This document shows, one piece after another, positions 38,697-48,247 of a DNA stretch of 64,000 bases. Under the pieces are notes generated by a model. It ran no database searches and had not been told where the DNA came from. It saw only the letters and a program-made list of their open reading frames with translations. The stretch is from assembly GCA_018814305.1 (NCBI GenBank), contig JAHJAA010000045.1, forward strand, positions 74,346 through 138,345, read 5' to 3'. Source of the stretch: Pseudomonadota bacterium (GTDB taxonomy: Bacteria > Desulfobacterota > Desulfobulbia > Desulfobulbales > JAGXFP01). The stretch's first letter is position 1. The number at the start of each line of letters is the position of its first letter. Made by a program: the position numbers and the translations under genes.

Positions 38697-40055
38697 ATGC
38701 AGACCAAACAGGCGTATATAGAAACTTTCGGCTGCCAAATGAATGATCGGGACTCTGAGATCATGGGACAGCTTTTAGAACAAGCCGGTTATTCTTTGAT
38801 AGATAATCGGGAAAATGCCGCTCTGATCGTGGTGAATACCTGCAGTATCCGAGGCAAGGCAGAGCAAAAAGCAATGAGCCTGCTTGGGGGGCTCAGAAAG
38901 GCCAAAAAACTCAATCCTGATCTCATCGTAGCGGTTACGGGATGCGTTGCCCAACAGGAAGGGGAAAAGTTACAAGAAAGAATGCCCCATATCGATTTGG
39001 TGGTCGGACCACAAAACATTTATCAATTACCCCGGTTAATCGACACCGTTCGCTCATCCTCAAAACCATCTACGGCCATCGAACAAACCGACAATTTTCT
39101 AATTCCTTCATTCCTTCCCAACCTGGAAAGCCCCCACTCCTCCCCTTTTAGAAGATTTGTTACTATCATGCAGGGATGTAATAACTTCTGCACCTATTGT
39201 GTGGTTCCCCATACCAGAGGGCGTGAAGTGAGTCGCTCCCCCAGAGATATCTTGGCTGAGGTAAATCATCTTATTACTAAAGGGGTAAAAGAGATCACCC
39301 TCCTCGGCCAAAATGTTAACTCCTATGGACTTGACCGGCGTAGTAAAGGAGAAAACTACCCCGACTTTCCCAACCTTCTCCGCATGGTCGCCTCAACAGA
39401 CGGACTGATACGAATACGTTTCACCACATCCAACCCCAAAGACCTTTCCAGGTCCTTGATGAATTGTTTCATCGATCTCCCCAAGCTATGCCCTCATTTT
39501 CACCTCCCAGTCCAGTCGGGATCAGACCGGATCTTAAAAAAAATGAATCGAAAGTATACCGTTGCCTCTTATCTTGATTTGGTCGCTGAACTCCGCACTA
39601 TTCGACCGGACATCACTCTGACCACAGACATTATTGTTGGCTTTCCAGGAGAAACCGATGAAGATTTTGAAGGCACCATGCAACTCCTTGAAAAAATTCG
39701 TTACCATGGAGCCTTTTCCTTCAAGTATTCGGATCGCCCCCATACTGTTTCGGCAGGCTTTTCCGACAAGGTTGCCGAGGAAGTAAAGTCGGAACGACTG
39801 AGCCGTTTACAGGAACGACAAAAACAGATCACTCTGGAGCGTAATAGTGAGTTCGTCGGACAGGTTCTGGAAGTGATGGTAGAAAGCCAAGAACAAAACA
39901 CACGAGGTCAGTGGTGCGGCCGATCAGCCGGGAACCTGATTGTGAACTTCACAGGCGGAACAAATCCGCGTCAGGGTGAGTTGTATAACATTCTCATCGA
40001 GAAAGAATGCCTCCACTCCCTCAGAGGTTTAATTCAACAACAGGAAGGAGTATAA
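38697..40055 (+). CDS. miaB: tRNA-2-methylthio-N6-dimethylallyladenosine synthase
   Basis: UPF0004 N-domain (ETFGCQMN), radical-SAM CNNFCTYC, and C-terminal TRAM domain. Confidence 0.93.
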   Translation: MQTKQAYIETFGCQMNDRDSEIMGQLLEQAGYSLIDNRENAALIVVNTCSIRGKAEQKAMSLLGGLRKAKKLNPDLIVAVTGCVAQQEGEKLQERMPHIDLVVGPQNIYQLPRLIDTVRSSSKPSTAIEQTDNFLIPSFLPNLESPHSSPFRRFVTIMQGCNNFCTYCVVPHTRGREVSRSPRDILAEVNHLITKGVKEITLLGQNVNSYGLDRRSKGENYPDFPNLLRMVASTDGLIRIRFTTSNPKDLSRSLMNCFIDLPKLCPHFHLPVQSGSDRILKKMNRKYTVASYLDLVAELRTIRPDITLTTDIIVGFPGETDEDFEGTMQLLEKIRYHGAFSFKYSDRPHTVSAGFSDKVAEEVKSERLSRLQERQKQITLERNSEFVGQVLEVMVESQEQNTRGQWCGRSAGNLIVNFTGGTNPRQGELYNILIEKECLHSLRGLIQQQEGV

Positions 40056-40057
40056 AG

Positions 40058-40714
40058 ATGATTGACCTGCACACCCATTCATTGTTCAGTGACGGTGAAC
40101 TTGTTCCGGCCGAGCATCTCCGGCGGGTTGAAATCATGGGCTATCGGGCTGTGGCCATCACCGATCATGCCGACTCATCGAATTTGGATTTCATTATTCC
40201 CAGGATAGTTAGAGTGGCCGAAGACTTGAATCGTTATTCCAAGACCGTTCTCATTCCTGGTATTGAATTGACCCATGTACCGCTCGAAATGTTTGAAGAA
40301 TTATCCCGCAAAGCCCGAGATCTTGGGGCCAAAATTATCGTTGCCCACGGAGAGACGGTCATGGAGCCGGTGCGCCCGGGAACCAATCTGGCTGCGATCA
40401 AAGCAGGGGTTGATATCCTGTCTCACCCCGGATTCATCACTCTTGAAGAAGCAGGGTTAGCTGCTGAAAAAGGAGTTTGCCTTGAACTCTCTGGACGAAA
40501 GGGACATTCCCTGACCAACGGACACGTTGCCCGGATTGCCTTAGAAGTTAGTGCAACGCTGGTGGTTAATGCGGATGCCCATGGTCCGGGTGATTTTCTG
40601 ACTGCGGCAATGGCGGAAACCGTTGCCAGGGGTGCTGGTCTGAGTATTGAACAGTACCAACGGTTGAAGGATGACATGACAGCCCTGGTAGAAAGGGCGC
40701 TAAGCCACCAATAA
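40058..40714 (+). CDS. PHP-domain (histidinol-phosphatase-like) metallohydrolase
   Basis: Start moved to ATG 40058 (GGAAGGAG RBS). MIDLHTHSLFSDG, AITDHAD, AHGE, NADAHGP. Confidence 0.8.
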   Translation: MIDLHTHSLFSDGELVPAEHLRRVEIMGYRAVAITDHADSSNLDFIIPRIVRVAEDLNRYSKTVLIPGIELTHVPLEMFEELSRKARDLGAKIIVAHGETVMEPVRPGTNLAAIKAGVDILSHPGFITLEEAGLAAEKGVCLELSGRKGHSLTNGHVARIALEVSATLVVNADAHGPGDFLTAAMAETVARGAGLSIEQYQRLKDDMTALVERALSHQ

Positions 40715-40760
40715 CAGGTTCAGATTGGTGGATCGGCAGGAAGTCCTCCCCCACCAATGA

Positions 40761-42059
40761 CTATGAATCCTTCTCCCGAATCATCTGCCAGGAAAAACGT
40801 ATCAACAGGGGACGAACCAGATATACTCCCACAGCTGCAGCAAGGGCAGCCACGGCGAACACTGACATAACCAGATAAAAACGATCAACACCATAGTCGT
40901 CGGTTACATAGCCACCTATGGCGGTAGCCACAGAACCAATCCCGAATATCAGGAAAAAGTTCACGCCGAAACCCATCCCATGGGAAGTCTTCCTGGTATA
41001 TTTAGAAATCAAGTAATTATGTGACGGCTGCCAGGCATAATACACCAGGCTGAACAGGGCACCCATTACCAGCAAGGGTGTATTGGAGTATGACCCGATA
41101 AAATACAGGGAAGGCGCCACCACCAGAAAAATAAAGATCGGGAAGTACTCCGGCGTCTTGATTTTATCATTGATGTACCCACCAAACCAACTCCCAATCA
41201 AGCCAAGAGAAAGAATAGCCGTGGTAATGGTCCCGGCCAAAAAAACAGGCTCATCGCTGCTGCTTATAAAATGGATTTCCTGCTGGAGAAGTTTTGGGAA
41301 AAAGGTCAATGACCCCCTAAAGATAAAACCGGACAAAATACTGCCGGCAAAAAGAAGCAACAAGGACACCGGAATGATACTCGAAGGGTTCCCCTCCCCT
41401 GCTTCAGGTGCCTGGGCCATCTGGTTTGGTGGAGGTTTCACCGCACTGCCCATTAACAACCGCAAGGGGTTGCCCAGTAGATCAGTGAGTTTAAGATCCT
41501 CCTCGTGTTTTATTCTACTGAAATGGAAGTACAGGGCAAACAGCAACCCAATTACTCCATATACCAAATAGGCTGCCCGCCAACTGCGAAATAACTTTAC
41601 CCCCAGAGCAGCAACCATCGGCGTCATAAAAAGCCCGACATTTCCCATGACCCCGTGGATCCCCAAAGCCTTCCCTTTCCGACTTTCCACCCTTCGAGCA
41701 ATAAGCGACAGGCCCGCCGGATGATGGATGCTTGCAAAAACCCCCAACAATGCGTAGGTAAGAGTAAACGAGACGAGCCCCTGGGACAACCCGATCAGCA
41801 TCGACGAAACGGCCATACCAAACAAACCAATGGTTAACAATCGCTTCGATCCATATTTGTCGGCAAGATATCCGGCCGGGAAGGCCCCCAGGCCATAAAG
41901 AAAATAACCGACATTGGCAATGATCCCGATATCGGTAAAACTGATTGACTGCTCCGCCGTAATTACCACGAGTACCGCTGGCAACAAACTCATGTAACCA
42001 TGGGTAATAAAATGGGAAAAGCTGGCCAACCAGGTCAGCTTTTGTTCGTGGGAGTCCAT
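40761..42059 (-). CDS. MFS transporter (about 12 TM helices), last gene of the envelope operon
   Basis: 432 aa, with two six-helix halves separated by a charged loop. D-K-Y-G-S-K-R motif between TM2 and TM3. The start overlaps the upstream stop (TAATG). Confidence 0.85.
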   Translation of the reverse strand: MDSHEQKLTWLASFSHFITHGYMSLLPAVLVVITAEQSISFTDIGIIANVGYFLYGLGAFPAGYLADKYGSKRLLTIGLFGMAVSSMLIGLSQGLVSFTLTYALLGVFASIHHPAGLSLIARRVESRKGKALGIHGVMGNVGLFMTPMVAALGVKLFRSWRAAYLVYGVIGLLFALYFHFSRIKHEEDLKLTDLLGNPLRLLMGSAVKPPPNQMAQAPEAGEGNPSSIIPVSLLLLFAGSILSGFIFRGSLTFFPKLLQQEIHFISSSDEPVFLAGTITTAILSLGLIGSWFGGYINDKIKTPEYFPIFIFLVVAPSLYFIGSYSNTPLLVMGALFSLVYYAWQPSHNYLISKYTRKTSHGMGFGVNFFLIFGIGSVATAIGGYVTDDYGVDRFYLVMSVFAVAALAAAVGVYLVRPLLIRFSWQMIREKDS

Positions 42060-43069
42060 TATTTAGCCTCCCAGTCCACCGCTTTCTCTAAGATTGGATC
42101 AATCCTGACCACTCCCATTTCCGAATCATCCTGATTATCAAAGATCAATTCATCAATCTTCTCCCGGTTTCGGCTCCCAAACCAATTATTGGCCGCTTCA
42201 ACTGGAAAGTCCTGGGCCTCAGCCATGGCAATATTGTAATCACGGTTATCATAAATATTGTTATGGTCAAACACTACACCTTGGGCCTGGTAGAGATAGA
42301 CTCCTTTTTTGTTATTGGTAATTTCATTAAAACGTACCGAGACCTTGTTATTTTCCTTGGGCCAGATTCCAAAAAAGGTATTATCTCGAATCTCATTATG
42401 GGTAATTTCCGCATCTGAATTTCTAAAGCCGATCCCTCCTTTATTTTTGGAGAATAGATTCTCGGTAATAACGAGATTGGATCGTTTTCCGAACCATGGT
42501 ACGCCCGGAGTTTCTTCTTCTGCTTTAAAACTCACCCCGACACCATTCTTAACAAATTCACTATGGGCAACCCTCACTGATGACCCATGGGCATGGATCC
42601 CGTTATAGGCGCAGAGTATTTTTGCATATTCAACGATATTGTCTTCAGTACCAAGAAAATTCAAGGCACCCCAATCGGCGGCTCTAGGATCAATCTCAGC
42701 CGAGGTGAATACAATAGGTTTCTTTGGAGTCCCTCTGGCGAGAAGGCGCCCCCTGATAATCAACTCAACTTGGGGATAATAGGGAGAATCAATTCCGAAC
42801 ATATTCTGATCGCTGGTCTCTTCGATCCGCTTAAACCGGATTGTAGTCCCCGGCTCTATGGTCAGGGTTATTCCCGGAGGGATATAAACATCACCGTTGA
42901 CCAAAACCTGCCCACTCCACGTGGTATCATGTGCCAATGTTGACATGGGGAGTTCCATCACCTTTTCCCTGCTGCAACCGGCAAGATTAAGGAAACTTAT
43001 GAAAAGCGCCGAGACAAGACAGGATCGCCGACAATAGGAATAAAAAGTCACATTATTATTCATGAACAA
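42059..43069 (-). CDS. lipoprotein with one NosD-like right-handed parallel beta-helix module
   Basis: Lipobox LAGC. N-terminal cap TTWSGQVLVNGDVYIPPGITLTIEPGTTIRF, repeated I-x-x-N beta-helix rungs, and C-terminal NNWFGSRNREKIDELIFD. Confidence 0.75.
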   Translation of the reverse strand: MFMNNNVTFYSYCRRSCLVSALFISFLNLAGCSREKVMELPMSTLAHDTTWSGQVLVNGDVYIPPGITLTIEPGTTIRFKRIEETSDQNMFGIDSPYYPQVELIIRGRLLARGTPKKPIVFTSAEIDPRAADWGALNFLGTEDNIVEYAKILCAYNGIHAHGSSVRVAHSEFVKNGVGVSFKAEEETPGVPWFGKRSNLVITENLFSKNKGGIGFRNSDAEITHNEIRDNTFFGIWPKENNKVSVRFNEITNNKKGVYLYQAQGVVFDHNNIYDNRDYNIAMAEAQDFPVEAANNWFGSRNREKIDELIFDNQDDSEMGVVRIDPILEKAVDWEAK

Positions 43070-43088
43070 ATCCTAAAAAAATAGAAAA

Positions 43089-44195
43089 TCAATCAAGGCC
43101 AACCTGATACTCTGGGGCTATACCGTATCCGCGGCGTCGGTTAAGCACCCCGACGGCAAACATGATAGCCAAACCGAGAAGCACTGCCACTTGTCCCGCC
43201 GGAGGAGTCCCGGCAGCATTTCCGGCCAGATTCCAGTTCTGGGCCATGGCTGCCCCGGCAAACATGCCCATAACGGCAGCACCGGCATCATTATCTCCCT
43301 GACTGGCTGAAATCAGTTGGCGCAAAGGGCAGCCCCGGATAAGGACAGAGCCGAAACCAACCATCACCATAGCGAGAAAGGCCCAGCCATAGCTACCATT
43401 GGAACTCGGTTGCCCAGTAAGACCAAAATGAAACTGCCCGGTTAAGAAACTTGCCACAAAGGCAAAACCTACAAAAGAAATTAAACTAATTAATAACCCC
43501 GTTGAACGAGGGCAATTCAAGACCTCCCTTGGACCCCAGAGAAATATTCTTGCGATACCACCGGTTATACAAAACTGAGTGTATTGAGCAAGTGCTCCGA
43601 TCAAAACACTGACTCCGAGGGAGAGGAATAGCGGGGCATACATGGCCCCCGAACCCTTCTCGCTCCTGGCGATAAAATCAGGATCGATCACAGCCAGGAT
43701 CAGCAGTAAAATCATCAATCCGGGGACAAAGAGGCTATTGGCTTTCGGTTGCGCCATGGGGCGCCCCAGCCGGAAGCCGTTTTCGATGAATTCCAGTCCA
43801 ATATAAATACCAACCACCAGACCAAAAAAACCAACCAAGGCGCCAATATCACCGCCAGCCAGGCGGAGAAACATTTTAACCGGACAACCGATAAAAATAG
43901 TACAACCGACAATAAGAAAAAAGCCTATAAGAAAGCGTAATAACGGTGAACTACCACCGGAGGGTACAAACTCACGGCGGAGAAGCGAAAGGCCAAAAGC
44001 CCCCAGGACAAATCCCATGATCTCTGGGCGGAGATATTGCATCCGAATGTTGTCGTGGAGCCCCATAGCTCCTGAGACATTTTCCATAAAGCACGAAACA
44101 CAAAGGCCTGTATTCGGGGGATTGCCGAAATAGGAAAGGAGCATGGCCCCACCACCAATCACGGCTCCCATGAGAACGAACCATCCTTTATGCAT
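43089..44195 (-). CDS. YeeE/YedE-family permease, subfamily resembling the YedE-related putative selenium transporters
   Basis: 368 aa, polytopic. GNPPNTGLCVSCF...GAMGLH near the N-terminus. There is an internal two-fold repeat with IGCPVKMFLRLAGGD and IRGCPLRQLISASQGD, plus QFCITGG. The subfamily call rests on recollection of the GNP-x-N-x-G-x-C-x-x-CF and GCP-x-R signatures. Confidence 0.7.
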   Translation of the reverse strand: MHKGWFVLMGAVIGGGAMLLSYFGNPPNTGLCVSCFMENVSGAMGLHDNIRMQYLRPEIMGFVLGAFGLSLLRREFVPSGGSSPLLRFLIGFFLIVGCTIFIGCPVKMFLRLAGGDIGALVGFFGLVVGIYIGLEFIENGFRLGRPMAQPKANSLFVPGLMILLLILAVIDPDFIARSEKGSGAMYAPLFLSLGVSVLIGALAQYTQFCITGGIARIFLWGPREVLNCPRSTGLLISLISFVGFAFVASFLTGQFHFGLTGQPSSNGSYGWAFLAMVMVGFGSVLIRGCPLRQLISASQGDNDAGAAVMGMFAGAAMAQNWNLAGNAAGTPPAGQVAVLLGLAIMFAVGVLNRRRGYGIAPEYQVGLD

Positions 44196-44215
44196 ACCGT
44201 ACCTCGCTCATATCA

Positions 44216-44845
44216 TCATCCACAACTACCGGCCACCCTGCGCAACATATAGTATAAAATCTCTTTTTGTGTTTTAAGTTGCCCATCTCTTGGATTCTTT
44301 GCCAAACCCTCTTCAATGGTGATTCTGGCCTCGTCAAGGACCCCTTTTATTTTCTTCCCTTGAAAGAGTGAGGTTTTTTTATCGAGATAATCCGGGTTCA
44401 AATCAACCCCCTTTTGATATTGAATCATGGCCTCAATGGGTTGTTGTCTACGGAGAAAGATATCACCCTGGAGCATATATGGCTGACCTTCATAGGGTGA
44501 TTCAACAATCAAATTTCCTAGAATTTCCTCAGCTTTTTCGAGATTACCGTTATCAATAAGGGATTTGGCCAATGTCGTTTTCTTGTCTAATTCGGGATTG
44601 ATAACGATCACCGATTGACTTCTCACAGAGCGCCCCCGCTTACCAGTGTTCTCAGTGCCCATTTGGATAGTGATAATCCCCAAGGCCGCAATGACCAGCA
44701 AAATAATACCGATCACAGCGAAAACATCCAGAGAATCGTGCTCTATCCGGGAATCAGCCGCTCCCCCATCCTCTTGTCCATGGACCATAGAGGCCGGGAT
44801 ACGGCAGGATTCCTCGGGCATTATATCTTCAGGTTCATGAGCCAA
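44216..44845 (-). CDS. single-pass membrane protein with TPR repeats
   Basis: Acidic N-terminus, TM helix VFAVIGIILLVIAALGIITI, then about three TPR-like units (AEEILGNL...PYMLQGDIFL...AMIQYQKGVDLNPDY). Confidence 0.65.
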   Translation of the reverse strand: MAHEPEDIMPEESCRIPASMVHGQEDGGAADSRIEHDSLDVFAVIGIILLVIAALGIITIQMGTENTGKRGRSVRSQSVIVINPELDKKTTLAKSLIDNGNLEKAEEILGNLIVESPYEGQPYMLQGDIFLRRQQPIEAMIQYQKGVDLNPDYLDKKTSLFQGKKIKGVLDEARITIEEGLAKNPRDGQLKTQKEILYYMLRRVAGSCG

Positions 44846-44887
44846 GGTTGGTGCCCGAACAGTTAAGGTGTCGTAATTTGTAAAAAT

Positions 44888-45607
44888 CTATTGACCAACG
44901 ACTGTCAAATCGAAGTCGGAAATATCTTCTTCAAGAATTTTCTCAATTTCCAGAAGGTAACCATTGGAGGGCGGGAAGTCAGTAATCGCTCCTAAATAAA
45001 ACCTCCCATGGGGAAGATAGAGGACGTATCTTCCGTCCTGATTGGTCCAGGTAGAAAAATAGGAGGGGAAATCACCAGGTTTTTTTCTCTGATCGGCCAT
45101 GGCATAGGCCATGGCAACGGGTTGTAGTTTGCTATCCAATAACCGCCCAGTAATTTTGACCAAATCACTGTTTTTTTTCTGATTACTGAGGGCCGCTTCC
45201 CGAAGATCCATAATGGTAAAATCATGCGACACCTCGGTTCGGCCATCTGGATTAACACTATACGGATCGCCGGAGTGCCGATCATCCTTGCCGAGGGGAC
45301 CGAAACCGGCACCATTCTTCCTCAAAATGGCCATGACCCAATACGTCCCTTCAGGGAGTTCAAGCCGGTACACACCGTCCATATCGGTCTTGTGGGAAAT
45401 CAAGTCAGCCGGTCGTTTAACATTGGCAGTGACATAAGCATAGACTTCGGCCCCGGCCATTGGTCGCCCAGAGATATCTAAGATTCGACCATTAAGGACA
45501 AAGGATTCGGTGGCAACGCTTATCCCCGAAAAGATTAGGCCCACCAAAAAAGCCAGAAAAGCCCAAACAAAATAGCGGCAAACCGTATGCATCATATTTT
45601 CTACCAT
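44888..45607 (-). CDS. secreted protein with two carboxypeptidase-regulatory-like (transthyretin-type) beta-sandwich domains
   Basis: Signal/anchor FVWAFLAFLVGLIFSGISVA. LNGRILDISGRPMAGAEVYAY...DMDGVYRLELPEGTY and ITGRLLDSKLQPVAMAYA...NQDGRYVLYLPHGRF. The exact start (45607, 45595 or 45592) is uncertain. Confidence 0.6.
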   Translation of the reverse strand: MVENMMHTVCRYFVWAFLAFLVGLIFSGISVATESFVLNGRILDISGRPMAGAEVYAYVTANVKRPADLISHKTDMDGVYRLELPEGTYWVMAILRKNGAGFGPLGKDDRHSGDPYSVNPDGRTEVSHDFTIMDLREAALSNQKKNSDLVKITGRLLDSKLQPVAMAYAMADQRKKPGDFPSYFSTWTNQDGRYVLYLPHGRFYLGAITDFPPSNGYLLEIEKILEEDISDFDLTVVGQ

Positions 45608-45743
45608 TGAAAAACCGTAGAATTCTTCCCACTTAGAATTCTATCCGATTGTTTTATCAACTGTACTTTGTGAAACTTCGACGAACTTAGTCCCGCTTCG
45701 GCTCGAAAGAGTATCGGGATACAAACTTGATTGCTCATTGAGC

Positions 45744-48209
45744 CTAAAAATTCAACTCAAGGTTTAACAATTCAGGCAAAATCGGTTCAAAATCAACCAT
45801 ACCGATAAACGATTCGACCCTTCCGTCAAAAATAGTTGTCGGGGGGTCAGATACTCCCCAAAAGTTTTGTCGGGCATCAACATCTTCATGATCGAAGTCA
45901 CCCAGTCGCAGATTGTAACGACTGTTTCCATGGAGATTATTGTGGTGAATTGAGAGGCCTGAACCCCCTTCCCTCACAAATATTCCTATTTCATTGCCGG
46001 AAATTTCATTTTCGGCGATCTCCATTTTCCCGTGAAATGACCTGATCCCGATACGGTTACCAGTCACTACTGAGCGACGCAAGGTCATGGGACCACTCCT
46101 GAATTTTATTCCGATATCATTCCCAGCAAAACGGCAACCATTCAGATCAATGGGAACAAAATGGATATGAAGTCCCCATTGAGCATGTTCAAACGTGGCA
46201 AAGTTAACCGTGCTGCCGGTGGCCCTTTCTAATTGAACTCCGAGCCAATCTTTCTGCCCTGAACGACGAACTGAGGTAAAGATAATTCGTTGCTCTGCAA
46301 GTCCTTCGGCATGGAGTTCCCCGTTGACCAGTAGCCCCGCCTCCTCATGAGTAAATTCCATCACGGTGGCTGGGGCAACATTCAAGACGGCAGCATCACT
46401 TACTGCCAGGAGAGTGTCCACCCGGATCAAACCTGACCAATACGCCTTTCCATCAATGGTTTGTCGGGGCCAGGAAAAAGGGAACGGCTTTACAGAGGCC
46501 GGAGAATAAAGGACTTCTCCAAGGGAAGAATCGTCCTTGTGGTCAAAAATCTCTTTATTGAGATCACTGGTGCCCCACCAATTATCTAAAGCGTGAACAT
46601 CACCATCTGATTCAAGGCCGATGGCATAAATTCCATTGTTCTGGATGTTGTTGCCGGAAATAACCCCGGAAAAGCCCATGACCCCAAGGCCTCGTTCACC
46701 GTTGTGAGCGACCAGATTCCCCTGAACCACAGCCCTGGTATCCCGCAGGTTCATCCCATTCAGACCGTTATCGGTAATAGCGTTTCCATTAATTTCAATA
46801 TTATCGTTGTTGCGGGCCACCAGGCCCGCTTCAAGATTATCAGTGATCACATTCGCCGAGTAATTCCCAAAGAGTGCGTCCGCCACGACCAAACCGACTC
46901 GATTTCCAGCCATCAGATTCCGGCTGATTCGGGCGGTACCCTCCCTGATCCTCAAACCATCCCAGTCATTATTGGCAAAAACGTTATCACTGGCCAAAAG
47001 ATTCAACCGAAAGAGATTTGCTCCATTCAAGTTATTAAAGATTTCGTTAGACTGCAAAACAACCTCAGAGTCCCTTGCCTGGATACCGCTGCGGTTCTTG
47101 AAAAATCGAGAATTCGTAATAGCTACCAACGATTCCTGAAACTGAATACCACGATAGTTATCATGGAGAACCACATGGTTGACTGCAACATTGGAGTAAT
47201 GGAAATGCATCCCCCGGTAGGCGTTTTGGATGCGACAATATTCAACGATATTCTGGGATTGATCACTCCCCAGGAAATTCAAGGAGTCCCAGTCACCCAT
47301 TTGAGGATTTTTTTCTACGGAACGAAAAATAATCGGCTGATCTGGGGTCCCCTTCGCAATCAATTGTCCTTGAATCTGGATGCCATTTTCACCGATTCCA
47401 TCAGCATTGGTATCATGCTTGGTAAACTCGACAATGGTTCCGGGCAAAATCACCAGACGGCCGGTGGGAGGGAGTCTCACTTGCCCATCAACCAGCACCC
47501 TCCCCTTCCAGAGAGTAAAATTCGGCAAGGCCTGGTCCTGATAACTGGCCGTAATGGGAGGCTCAGGAAGTTCTTGGATAAAGGTTGAAAGCCCTAACTG
47601 CGTCGAACTGCCGGTGACAGTATCATTTTTTTCATTCCCCTTGGTTACATCATCAAGATGCTCAACAGATCCACCATTAAACACCAAGGTTCCATAGTCA
47701 TTACCGGTTATCGTAGTTCGCCGAAGAACGACTGCAGCCCCAGTCCCCTGAACCACTAATCCATATTTATTCTTCGAGATAATGGTATCTTCCAGGGTCG
47801 CCCTGCCATTCACTACTGACAGTGCGGCCTCACTCCCCATCACTCGTCCATGACTGAGCATTATTTCACCCTGGTCAACAATAATCCCGGCCCACGGCTC
47901 TTCACTTCCGGCAGACTCAAGGTCAAAGACAATTTCCCGCCCCATCTCCCCCAGGGCAATTAACCTTCCCCTTACTAAAATTTCTGTCTCATGGGACAGA
48001 AACTCAGGATCAATCTTGGTTGAATCAGCCGCTTTAACCCTGATCACCGTTCCCGGAGCTATTGACAAAGTCACCCCCACCGGGATAATCACGTCATCCT
48101 CCACAAGCACCTTTCCCTGCCACAAAGTGTCGGCGGTTAACACCGAACCAGAGGCCGTGGAATTCGCCAGAAGTCCAAACAAAATAATGAGAGAAAAAAA
48201 ATTAGGCAT
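45744..48209 (-). CDS. 821-aa secreted protein with three tandem NosD-like parallel beta-helix modules
   Basis: Start moved to ATG 48209 (signal peptide MPNFFSLIILFGLLANSTASG). The cap motif W-x-G-x-V/I-x-V...P-G/A-T-V/I occurs three times. Dozens of N-x-I/V-x-x-N rungs. DNWWGTSD...IFD and QNFWGVSD...IFD close modules 2 and 3. Confidence 0.8.
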   Translation of the reverse strand: MPNFFSLIILFGLLANSTASGSVLTADTLWQGKVLVEDDVIIPVGVTLSIAPGTVIRVKAADSTKIDPEFLSHETEILVRGRLIALGEMGREIVFDLESAGSEEPWAGIIVDQGEIMLSHGRVMGSEAALSVVNGRATLEDTIISKNKYGLVVQGTGAAVVLRRTTITGNDYGTLVFNGGSVEHLDDVTKGNEKNDTVTGSSTQLGLSTFIQELPEPPITASYQDQALPNFTLWKGRVLVDGQVRLPPTGRLVILPGTIVEFTKHDTNADGIGENGIQIQGQLIAKGTPDQPIIFRSVEKNPQMGDWDSLNFLGSDQSQNIVEYCRIQNAYRGMHFHYSNVAVNHVVLHDNYRGIQFQESLVAITNSRFFKNRSGIQARDSEVVLQSNEIFNNLNGANLFRLNLLASDNVFANNDWDGLRIREGTARISRNLMAGNRVGLVVADALFGNYSANVITDNLEAGLVARNNDNIEINGNAITDNGLNGMNLRDTRAVVQGNLVAHNGERGLGVMGFSGVISGNNIQNNGIYAIGLESDGDVHALDNWWGTSDLNKEIFDHKDDSSLGEVLYSPASVKPFPFSWPRQTIDGKAYWSGLIRVDTLLAVSDAAVLNVAPATVMEFTHEEAGLLVNGELHAEGLAEQRIIFTSVRRSGQKDWLGVQLERATGSTVNFATFEHAQWGLHIHFVPIDLNGCRFAGNDIGIKFRSGPMTLRRSVVTGNRIGIRSFHGKMEIAENEISGNEIGIFVREGGSGLSIHHNNLHGNSRYNLRLGDFDHEDVDARQNFWGVSDPPTTIFDGRVESFIGMVDFEPILPELLNLELNF

Positions 48210-48247
48210 TTTCAGCAAATCCGAAATATAGCAACTCCAAAAAACCC

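Noticed and set aside
46704-47588. 294-aa plus-strand ORF inside the beta-helix gene
   Set aside because: It is a shadow ORF opposite a repetitive Asn/Gly-rich gene. It has no signal peptide, motif or RBS, whereas the minus-strand frame carries the repeated beta-helix motifs.
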